Below are positions 47,777-56,511 of a DNA stretch of 64,000 nt, piece by piece. Location of the stretch: assembly GCA_000146465.1 (NCBI GenBank), contig CP001944.1, one strand, 5' to 3'. The notes beneath the pieces are model-generated. The model did not search any database. It saw only the letters and a program-made list of their open reading frames with translations, and was not told the origin of the DNA. Within the stretch, counting starts at the first letter, position 1; each line of letters opens with the position of its first letter. Position numbers and translations under genes: made by a program.

Positions 47777-50700
47777 ATGTATCTCCACAGATCAGAGTTG
47801 GAGGCTGGTATTGAAAAGCTCATGAAGACAATGGAGGACCACGAGGTTTTGGAGAGATGCAGGAAGTCACTGAGAGAGATGGATAAGATTGAAGAAGAAA
47901 ACATAAAAGACTTCATTAGAGAAACACGAGATATTGTCGATGCTTTTGTGAAGGGATTGAGAATCAAGAAGCAGGTTCCGATTTTTGTTATTGATTTCAT
48001 ATACACATTTCTTGTCAACGATCTTCTCATCTCAAGTGACATCAAGGAGATTATTAGTGTTATTTCTGAGGGGAATTGGTGCGAAGTATCGAAGATGAAG
48101 ATACTCCAGATGAGCTACTACATTATAAGATATGAAAGCTTCAAGGAGGACCTTGCACTGTCCTTGTTTAAAAGCATAGTGAGAATGATTGATGACAGAA
48201 GCAGACAGGTACAGACAACTGCTAAGCCCATAGCGATGCATTTAGTGGATGTTGTTTTCAGCAGGGCATGTCCAGTCTTCAAGGAAGAGGTTCAGAGCGA
48301 GGAAGGGGAACCTGAGTCTACGGCTGTTTGCCCTGACGTCCTTGAAGGGAACAGGCCTGGGTCTGAAAGACTGCTTGTGAGAGGTGGTTTCCAATTCTCT
48401 AATTCAATCAATGATGGAATTACATTCCTTAAGCATCTTCTGGAGAATGGGAATACCTCGAAGGAAATGAATCACTTTATGGTTGATGCAGTACTTCTAA
48501 TAACCCGTAAAAGCGATCTTTTTGAATATGAGGAGTTCAGGAAGATATATGATTCTGAAGTGATGGCTATGCTGATGGAGTTGATAAAAAGGAGATGCTC
48601 TTCCAGGGGGAATGTCTATAAGGTACTTGCAAGATTAGTTGAGAGACATAACTGTCTGTTCGAAAAGCAGATCCTTGCAGTGTTTGATGAAATGGAGAAA
48701 TCTTATAGTCTACTTGACGACTTGGAGACTGAGATGTTTTTGGACTTCTTCGGGAGTTTGGACATCTTGTTGTTTGAAGGCTACTCCTCAACTATAAGAA
48801 GAATGTTTTTCAACATTCTTGAAAATGCATCGTTTGATGATGAATTTGGAAATGAGTATGTAATCGATACCATTAGAAACTCATTAAATGGCCAACTGAA
48901 GGCTCAGGAGAAGACAAGTGGTAAGTTTCATTCCTCAACAAAGGCTTTCTTTGGTAAGTTTTCGGAAATCTTATATGCAAAACTGTCTGATATCGATAAC
49001 GTACATCCCAAGGTGGAGTGTCTGCTGGAGATTGTCCTTTGGTTCTATTCTGTTTCTGGTAACAAGGAGTTTCTGGACAGGTTTATGGTTCTGGGGTGCA
49101 AGCTAGGGTTTACAGATGTTGTATGTAGAAATGCCATTGAGAACAGAAAGCATATACAGGACTCCTGGTGGATTGTTCTTGAGAACGGTAAGGACCATCT
49201 TGGAAAGATCATAGAATCTATCTGTATCTTTGATGCCGAGGAGATCTTTTTTCTAATCAAAGGTATAGAGCAACCCGAGCCTTCTTGTACATGGACCTCG
49301 AAGGAGAGAGTGGACTTTCTCTTGTCTGTGTTTAATATTATCAAGCCTGTTGTAGTAGAGCCGCTGAACATAAAGATATTTGAGATGATTCTCGGAGGGA
49401 TACTAAGGGAGAGTGGAAGCGAAGAGGGGTATCCGACCAAGGTATTCTGTTCTATTCTCATGGATTATGTTGGGCATTTAGAGGCACTAACGCCTGATGT
49501 CGAAAGCGTTATTTTTGTCCTCCTGCAGAAGATGCTTGGAAAAGATCTGGAAAGGAACGGATTGGAAATTTTGGAAACCTTGTCTTTTGTCCTTCGAACC
49601 ATGACGCCTGAGAGCTGTTGGGACACAATTCTCCAATGCATCGAGTGTTCATGTATTCCCTGCCTGTATTCCTCCTTGTACCCCATTATTCGATGGATTA
49701 TAGAGGGATGCGGGCATCTCATAAGTAACGAGCATTTTGGAGTGCTTATAGATTGTCTGTATTCGATGTGCCTGTCGCCGAGCAGCGAAATAAGCTTAAA
49801 GGCAATATTTATCTTCCAGGATATTGGGGAGAGCCTAATGAGTAGGAGGGCTTTTGATCGATCTCCCAAGGGGAAGGAAGAGAAGAACAGAGACATGAAT
49901 CCAGCGTGGGCCAAATACATAAAGGTATTGGGGGAGATGACAAACGATGGAAGACATATGGTGTGTGAAACGGCCATTAAGTATCTGGTTATGTTCCTTG
50001 AGGCAGAGTGTGAGGTAATGAACTCCGAAGAGCTTGACTTTGCAGCAAATAATGGCCTTATTCCTGTTTTGGAGAAGGGAAGGGAGTTTGCCAAAGGCCG
50101 GGATTCAGAAGCCCATTGTACTTTGATGCTGATAATGGATGAATGTAGCAGAACGATTGGAAAGATGAATTACCATGAGGAGTTGTATGGAAAGTTTCTT
50201 GAGCTTGTTGCAGATAGCCTGTGCAACACAGACTCTTCGGAGATACAAAATATGTGTATTGAGAGTCTAAAGATGATGACAAACAGGATTTCAGGGACAA
50301 GGGATGAAGGAAAGAGTATATGCCAGGAAGGAAGCGAGCATAGCCCGGAAGATATGGGATTTAAGGCAGGGATTGGAGAAAGAAAGTCTCTCCAGCCCCT
50401 TCAAAGGCTAAGGGACCTGGTTTTGAACACATACAAGTTGATCTTTTCCAGTATTCCTGTAAACGAAGGATATTCTACTAGTGTGTGTCTTGACATGATA
50501 GACTCGGTCAAAGGATTTGGATTCAAAAGCTCTGAGCGTCGCTCTCTGATTCCTTTGCTTCGAAAGTTTGTCCACAGCGATTGCCAGACGCTTCAAGAGA
50601 AGATTCTGAATATGGTTGGGGAATGGCCAGCGGAAGATGGAGGACTTGACATGCAACTTGAAGCTTACAACGACTGGATCGAATTCAAGGATATCCGCCT

Positions 50701-51496
50701 GTCTAGGATGCTTATTGAAAGAATAGGAAGGATTCTATCCAAGGATTTGGAGGATACGCGGTACTCGGAAGCAGCAATGGATTTGGTTGAATACAGCAAG
50801 GAAAAGGCCTTCTGGGAAGACGTTGTTAGAGCGTTTATGAAGGGGTCTGAAAACATAAAAACCAGAGCCTCATTTATATCGTTTATAAATGGATGTAGGG
50901 TGATTCTAAAGGAGGCACCGAAAGTGAAAGCCCTCCAATGCTCACCGGAAACAGAGGGATGTAGCGGGCTAGGGGAAGAGGCGTCGGAGAGCATGGCAAA
51001 GGCTATAAAGAAAAGAGAGCGAATCATTCTTGAGTTCCTAGCCTTTTACCATGAGGTTCTGAGTAAGTTTGCTCCAAACACCAAAAGGTTGGATAGCCAT
51101 TCCATGCAGCCTTTTGACCAAACAACAGAATCGGATGTTAGAGAAGGATATAAGGTGATTTTTGAGATGAGCGAGCTCGGATCTGGACTTGGAAAAGAGA
51201 GTATTTCCTTCAAATGTTATGAAATACTATTCCATGACATTGAACTTATTTACAGCGATGTTGTTGAGAAGATCAGGAAGGTCCTAACGGAGTATAACGA
51301 GATGGAAATGATATACAATGGACTCTATTCCCGAGTAAAGCAGAGGGAAGTCTATACTCTGCTGGAGAAGATATGGAAGAGCGGAAATAAGAAGCTTGTA
51401 GATGATGTCAAGGATGTTCTTGTTGAGTCGCTCCGATCCAAGGACTACAGGGTTATCGATCATGTTCGAAAGTGTTTGGAAGTGATTCTTGTATGA
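47777..51496 (+). CDS. Large (1239-aa) alpha-helical repeat protein, unassigned
   Basis: Long uninterrupted ORF with helical, HEAT/ARM-like composition. No Sec7, kinase, HECT or importin motif recognised. Confidence 0.6.
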   Translation: MYLHRSELEAGIEKLMKTMEDHEVLERCRKSLREMDKIEEENIKDFIRETRDIVDAFVKGLRIKKQVPIFVIDFIYTFLVNDLLISSDIKEIISVISEGNWCEVSKMKILQMSYYIIRYESFKEDLALSLFKSIVRMIDDRSRQVQTTAKPIAMHLVDVVFSRACPVFKEEVQSEEGEPESTAVCPDVLEGNRPGSERLLVRGGFQFSNSINDGITFLKHLLENGNTSKEMNHFMVDAVLLITRKSDLFEYEEFRKIYDSEVMAMLMELIKRRCSSRGNVYKVLARLVERHNCLFEKQILAVFDEMEKSYSLLDDLETEMFLDFFGSLDILLFEGYSSTIRRMFFNILENASFDDEFGNEYVIDTIRNSLNGQLKAQEKTSGKFHSSTKAFFGKFSEILYAKLSDIDNVHPKVECLLEIVLWFYSVSGNKEFLDRFMVLGCKLGFTDVVCRNAIENRKHIQDSWWIVLENGKDHLGKIIESICIFDAEEIFFLIKGIEQPEPSCTWTSKERVDFLLSVFNIIKPVVVEPLNIKIFEMILGGILRESGSEEGYPTKVFCSILMDYVGHLEALTPDVESVIFVLLQKMLGKDLERNGLEILETLSFVLRTMTPESCWDTILQCIECSCIPCLYSSLYPIIRWIIEGCGHLISNEHFGVLIDCLYSMCLSPSSEISLKAIFIFQDIGESLMSRRAFDRSPKGKEEKNRDMNPAWAKYIKVLGEMTNDGRHMVCETAIKYLVMFLEAECEVMNSEELDFAANNGLIPVLEKGREFAKGRDSEAHCTLMLIMDECSRTIGKMNYHEELYGKFLELVADSLCNTDSSEIQNMCIESLKMMTNRISGTRDEGKSICQEGSEHSPEDMGFKAGIGERKSLQPLQRLRDLVLNTYKLIFSSIPVNEGYSTSVCLDMIDSVKGFGFKSSERRSLIPLLRKFVHSDCQTLQEKILNMVGEWPAEDGGLDMQLEAYNDWIEFKDIRLSRMLIERIGRILSKDLEDTRYSEAAMDLVEYSKEKAFWEDVVRAFMKGSENIKTRASFISFINGCRVILKEAPKVKALQCSPETEGCSGLGEEASESMAKAIKKRERIILEFLAFYHEVLSKFAPNTKRLDSHSMQPFDQTTESDVREGYKVIFEMSELGSGLGKESISFKCYEILFHDIELIYSDVVEKIRKVLTEYNEMEMIYNGLYSRVKQREVYTLLEKIWKSGNKKLVDDVKDVLVESLRSKDYRVIDHVRKCLEVILV

Positions 51497-51592
51497 GGAA
51501 TAAACATTAAAGATTACCACAGTCTTTTTCTAGAAAAAAACTGAGAAATCCGGAAAGAAAAAATAATAAAAACGGAAAATCCCTAAGACACA

Positions 51593-53638
51593 ATGTCAGA
51601 AGAAAAGCAAAAATCCAATACATCTAGAGCAATTGGAATTGATCTTGGAACTACATTTTCCTGTGTTGCAGGGTACATAGGAGGAAAGGTGGAGATCATT
51701 ACAAATTCGGATGGAGAAAGAACCACACCGTCTGTAGTGAGTTTTGACGAGAACGATTGCACTGTTGTTGGAACAGCAGCAAAGAACATGGCAGGGCTTG
51801 ATCCCACGTCAGTTCTGTTTGACTCTAAGCGAATGATTGGAAGAGATTTTGACGATCCGAAGATCCAGAACATGATGAGTGGATGGCCATTCAAGATTGT
51901 GAGATACAACGGGCGTGAGAAGAAGGAGATGCCTCACAAGGATCCTTCTTCAACCAATTCCTATGACAACATGGCATACAAGTTCACGAAGAATGGAAAG
52001 ACCAAGTATTACACACCTCCTGAGATCAGCTCGAAGATTCTGTCTAATCTGAAGAAGGCAGCTGAGGCAAGGCTTGGAGGGCCTGTGGATGCCATGGTGG
52101 TGACAGTTCCTGCATACTTTGAGGATCCTCAGAAGGCAGCAACCAAGGCAGCAGCAACCATTGCTGGGTTCAATGAGGACAGAGTTAGACTCCTTGCAGA
52201 GCCAACAGCAGCAGCACTGGCATATGCCCACATCCAGACACAGAAGAATGCCAATTTCTCTGCAAAGGAGGATGTCCTTGTGTTTGATCTTGGAGGAGGT
52301 ACATTCGATGTATCTGTGCTTGACTTTGAGTTCAATGCAACCACAGGAACCTTCGGAATTGTCAAGGCCATTGACGGAGATACATTCCTCGGAGGCCAAG
52401 ACTTTGACAATCTATTGATCAACTACTGCATTTCCGAGTTCCTTAAAAAGAATCCTTCGATCCAGAAGACTGATCTCAAGGAGAGTGCTCTTCTCAGACT
52501 CAGGGCAGAGTGTACCAGAGTCAAGGCAGTTCTTAGTTCGGCAACAAGCAGCACAATCTATGTGCCTTGCTTCCACATGACAGATGACTTGAACGTACAG
52601 ATTACCCGTGCTAGATTCGAACTTCTTTGCGACCATCTCTTCAAGAAGTGCATGGAAAGGACCAAGGGATGTCTCTTGCGCTCTACAGGAGTTCCCTCTG
52701 TTGAGTACTCTTCTGATGGAAACAAGCTCCTTTTGAATCCTTCTCTTGAAAAGACATTGAACGAAGCCAGAAACAACATTAGTAAGGTTCTACTTGTGGG
52801 AGGATCATCGAGAATCCCAAAGGTCAAGGCTCTGCTTGCAGAATACTTTGGAGCACACAAGGTCATTGAGCCTGTGAATGCAGACGAGGCCGTTGCATAT
52901 GGAGCAGCATACCAAGCAGCATCCATATACTCCGATGCTGTGGAAGCAGGATCAAGTCTTCTTCTCATTGATTGTGTTCCGCTGAACCTCTCGATTGAGA
53001 CTGCCGGAGGAGTTGCAACACCTCTAATCAACTGCGGAGACAATATCCCAATCAAGAAGACAGAGACCTTTACAACCTATGAAGACAACCAAACAGCCGT
53101 AACAATCAATGTGCATGAGGGAAACAGGCCGATGTGCAAGGACAACAAGAGAATTGGAACCTTCAACCTGGATGGAATCATCCCAGGACCCCGTGGAACA
53201 GCTAAGATTGAAGTTACTTTTGACGTTGATCACAACGGAATTCTTGTGGTTACTGCCGAGGACAAGCAGACCGGAAAGTCCAACAAGATCACCGTAACAA
53301 ACTCTCAGAACAGACTTAGTCAGGAGGAGATCGAGAGGATGGCCAAGGAGGCACGAGATAACGAACAGCGTGACAACGAGGTCAAGGAGAAGATGGGCAA
53401 GAGGATGTCGTTCGACCAAGCCATTTTCACATTCAAGGGTCTTCTTGAAAAGGCCAACATTTCTCAAGAGAAGAAGGACGAGTCTTTGAATTTCATCAAG
53501 GAGCATGAAGAATGGCTCTCAAAGGCACAAGGGCCTGATGACTTCGAGGTGGAAGAGCTTGAGAGAAGATCTAATGAGCTCCAGAGCTTCATGAACGATA
53601 TCATGAAGGAATCTGGGATGAGTGCACCAACAGCCTAA
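51593..53638 (+). CDS. Hsp70-family chaperone (divergent; no C-terminal EEVD)
   Basis: IGIDLGTTFSCV, DLGGGTFDVSVL and VGGSSRIPKV are present. The substrate-binding domain and lid are present. Ends in ...SGMSAPTA. Confidence 0.9.
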   Translation: MSEEKQKSNTSRAIGIDLGTTFSCVAGYIGGKVEIITNSDGERTTPSVVSFDENDCTVVGTAAKNMAGLDPTSVLFDSKRMIGRDFDDPKIQNMMSGWPFKIVRYNGREKKEMPHKDPSSTNSYDNMAYKFTKNGKTKYYTPPEISSKILSNLKKAAEARLGGPVDAMVVTVPAYFEDPQKAATKAAATIAGFNEDRVRLLAEPTAAALAYAHIQTQKNANFSAKEDVLVFDLGGGTFDVSVLDFEFNATTGTFGIVKAIDGDTFLGGQDFDNLLINYCISEFLKKNPSIQKTDLKESALLRLRAECTRVKAVLSSATSSTIYVPCFHMTDDLNVQITRARFELLCDHLFKKCMERTKGCLLRSTGVPSVEYSSDGNKLLLNPSLEKTLNEARNNISKVLLVGGSSRIPKVKALLAEYFGAHKVIEPVNADEAVAYGAAYQAASIYSDAVEAGSSLLLIDCVPLNLSIETAGGVATPLINCGDNIPIKKTETFTTYEDNQTAVTINVHEGNRPMCKDNKRIGTFNLDGIIPGPRGTAKIEVTFDVDHNGILVVTAEDKQTGKSNKITVTNSQNRLSQEEIERMAKEARDNEQRDNEVKEKMGKRMSFDQAIFTFKGLLEKANISQEKKDESLNFIKEHEEWLSKAQGPDDFEVEELERRSNELQSFMNDIMKESGMSAPTA

Positions 53639-53719
53639 ATAATTAAATGGTTTGTCTCTATAATCAACCTACTTTCTTTTGTGGAGGCAGGTTTAAGACG
53701 CCTCCCTTGGAACCCCAGG

Positions 53720-54250
53720 ATGGCTATTATTTCTCTAGTAGTCATCAACGTACACACAAGAAAGATAAAAGCAAAGGCATTTAGTCTCAAGCAATTCTCA
53801 TTCTTCACTCGAGGAAAGGTAAAGGAGACATTGACATTTATTTCACAAGAGCTTGCAGAAAAGTTGGAGACATATGAGTTCCAGGAGTACACACACGAAT
53901 TCAATGATGAAAAGGCCTATAAGCTGTTTAGTATGGTACATAACGACTATGCTTACATAGCATGTGCAGACGATGACTATCCCGGGGTTGTGGCCTTGAG
54001 ACTTTTACAGGAGGCAAGGCACGGAAACATCGAGAAGCTCATCGAGGAGTACAAAGACCCTGCATCAAAACACACCCTCTTACAAATACAGAACGAGGTG
54101 GAAGAGACAAAGGGGGCTTTGTCCAAGACTCTGATGGCAGTTCTTGAACGGAATGACAAGCTGGAGGATCTGGTTGCCAAGTCCGAGCATCTCTGTTATG
54201 AGACGAAACTGCTGTTCAAGAGTGCAAAAAAGAAAAATAAGTGTTGCTGA
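53720..54250 (+). CDS. YKT6: R-SNARE Ykt6 (longin domain plus SNARE motif, C-terminal CC)
   Basis: FSFFTRGKVKETLTFISQ matches the Ykt6 longin domain (FSFFQRSSVQEFMTFTSQ). SNARE heptads follow. Ends in KNKCC with no TM helix. The start was trimmed to MAIISLVV. Confidence 0.8.
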   Translation: MAIISLVVINVHTRKIKAKAFSLKQFSFFTRGKVKETLTFISQELAEKLETYEFQEYTHEFNDEKAYKLFSMVHNDYAYIACADDDYPGVVALRLLQEARHGNIEKLIEEYKDPASKHTLLQIQNEVEETKGALSKTLMAVLERNDKLEDLVAKSEHLCYETKLLFKSAKKKNKCC

Positions 54251-54295
54251 GGGCCTTATAAAATAAAACTAGACAGTTCGATATTTCTTTGTTTT

Positions 54296-56467
54296 TTGAA
54301 ACTAGTTTCACAATCCCATCGAATGGACCATGAGTTCAGGCAGTTCTACGAAACACTTGAGAAGGGGAAGTTCAAGTTCTTTGGAAAGGGAGAAGGATAC
54401 AGCGTGTTCAACTCCGATATCGAGATGATTCCTCAGTACAACGCCAGAGACGTGATCGAAAGAAAGGAAATGAAGGAGCTAAGGCTTTCTAAAGGAGAAA
54501 TTGAAGGAATAGTTCGAGCACTGTTAACTGAGATCAAGATTGGGGTACAGGAATACAACGGCCAAGTTCTTGTAAGAGAAGGATTCCCAGGAAACTGGAA
54601 GGACTTTACAGACTTGCTGCTTGATGCTAGAAGTATTCCATCAATTGCAGCCGTCAAACTAGGAGAGGTGGTTGAGATCAGCTTCCTTATCACATCGGAG
54701 TCAACGATCTACACATCTGTCTTTGAGGATGATGAAATATTCAGCAGCCTGTACTGGATCCTAAGTGAAGTAAATGTGGTTGAGGTTGTATACGATAACA
54801 AGAAGCTTGGAGGTTTCTTCAACAGATTAGGGGTTTCAAGCAGCTTGAGAAGATGTGAAGAAAACACTGTAAAACTCCTGTGTAGATATCTCAGGATATC
54901 TGAAGAGAATTATAAGTGTGAGGAATATACTAGGCCATTTATATGCAGGATAGATAGAAGCGTCCTGTCTGCATTGAATGTGTGCAGTGATGACGAACAT
55001 TGTGTAGCTAAGACCTTTTGTTGTTATACAAACCAGGGCTGGAGACTCCTGCACAGAATGTTTTTGCAACCTCTTCGTAACAAGGATGAGATTGAGAGAA
55101 GGTTGGAAACCGTTGACTCATTGAGAACACTTAACCTGAACATCTTGAAGAAATTTCCAGATCTTCTAAGGCTATCTAAGCGAATAGAAACAGGGAGAAT
55201 ATCCTTGAGGGAAATCCTCAGACTTATTCAGACCATCGACATCATTCCAGAGCTCTTGTCTTCCTTTTCATCCTCTTTGCCTCTCACCAGAGACTTTTCT
55301 AAGCCTCTTAAGAGTATCTTTTCGGCTTTTGGCCCGTTCAAAGAAGAGATTGTACGAGTAGTCGATTTAGAGGCAGCAGAAGAAAACGTGTATAGGATTA
55401 GACCTGATGTGTCTGCAAGGCTTCTTGAGCTTTCCGAGGCTCTGGGAGAAATCGAGAAGGAGATGAATGGGGAGTATGAGAGGGTGTCTGAGATTTATCC
55501 GAAGATCAAGATAGACAAAAATACTGGAGTCTTCAAGACTACAAAGGGTGAGTACCAAAAAGCTCAAGATCTTCTTAGGAAGGAAGGTTTTGTTGAGCTA
55601 AACTTTGTAAAGGGAGGAGTCACACTTACAACCAGAATCCTTTCCTCCTTAAATGGGAGACAGGTAGCGCTTAAAAAAGAAATCGATGACGAGGAGAAAG
55701 AGGTTATGGACCGAATCAAGAGAATGCTGAAAAGTTACATATCTCAAATCGAGTCCTTGAACTACCTGACTGCATTGATAGACGTGTTCAATGCATTTTC
55801 CATCAAAGCCTCTCTCAAGGGATATTCAAGACCCATGTTCAACAAAGGGATATTTGAAATAAGAAATGGTTTCCATCCGGTTCTTGAAGATCAGGACTAT
55901 ATTTCTAACTCGATAAGGATGGAGGAGAAGAAGATGTGCGTGGTGACTGGCCCGAACATGGGAGGGAAAAGCACCTTCCTTAAAACATGTGGCGTGGTCG
56001 CTCTTCTTGCACATATAGGATGTTATGTTCCTGCAGACTATGCCAGTATTCCGATTCTTGACGGGATATATGCCAGAGTCGGGGCTAACGACTGTTCATT
56101 CACAGGCTCATCCACATTCATGATGGAGATGGCAGACATAGCAAGGATATGCCGTCTGAGCTCGTCCGAGTCACTAATCATAATAGATGAGCTTGGAAGA
56201 GGGACTAGCGCAATCGATGGCTTGAGCATTGCACAGGCTGTCAAAGAACATATTGTTCAGAAGAAAGCCCTGTGTCTTTGTGCTACACATTTTCCCGAAC
56301 TCTGCGGAGACGACGTGTTGAATAAGAAAGTTAAGAACGAAGGAACACTTCTTATGTATGAGGTTGTTGATGGGGTATGTGACACAAGCTTTGGAATAAT
56401 GGTTGCAGAGAAAGTAGGGTTTCCTACAAAGGTGATTGAGACGGCTAAGGAGTATATGGAAAAATAG
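54296..56467 (+). CDS. MutS homologue (MSH2-like DNA mismatch repair ATPase)
   Basis: ABC ATPase of MutS type: VTGPNMGGKSTFLK, STFMMEM and IIDELGRGTS. The N-terminal FRQFYETL...KFFGKGEGYSVF resembles the MSH2 mismatch-binding-domain start. Confidence 0.8.
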   Translation: MKLVSQSHRMDHEFRQFYETLEKGKFKFFGKGEGYSVFNSDIEMIPQYNARDVIERKEMKELRLSKGEIEGIVRALLTEIKIGVQEYNGQVLVREGFPGNWKDFTDLLLDARSIPSIAAVKLGEVVEISFLITSESTIYTSVFEDDEIFSSLYWILSEVNVVEVVYDNKKLGGFFNRLGVSSSLRRCEENTVKLLCRYLRISEENYKCEEYTRPFICRIDRSVLSALNVCSDDEHCVAKTFCCYTNQGWRLLHRMFLQPLRNKDEIERRLETVDSLRTLNLNILKKFPDLLRLSKRIETGRISLREILRLIQTIDIIPELLSSFSSSLPLTRDFSKPLKSIFSAFGPFKEEIVRVVDLEAAEENVYRIRPDVSARLLELSEALGEIEKEMNGEYERVSEIYPKIKIDKNTGVFKTTKGEYQKAQDLLRKEGFVELNFVKGGVTLTTRILSSLNGRQVALKKEIDDEEKEVMDRIKRMLKSYISQIESLNYLTALIDVFNAFSIKASLKGYSRPMFNKGIFEIRNGFHPVLEDQDYISNSIRMEEKKMCVVTGPNMGGKSTFLKTCGVVALLAHIGCYVPADYASIPILDGIYARVGANDCSFTGSSTFMMEMADIARICRLSSSESLIIIDELGRGTSAIDGLSIAQAVKEHIVQKKALCLCATHFPELCGDDVLNKKVKNEGTLLMYEVVDGVCDTSFGIMVAEKVGFPTKVIETAKEYMEK

Positions 56468-56511
56468 TCTAATAAACTTTTTATTAACTATATCAGACCA
56501 GAGAGGATTGT

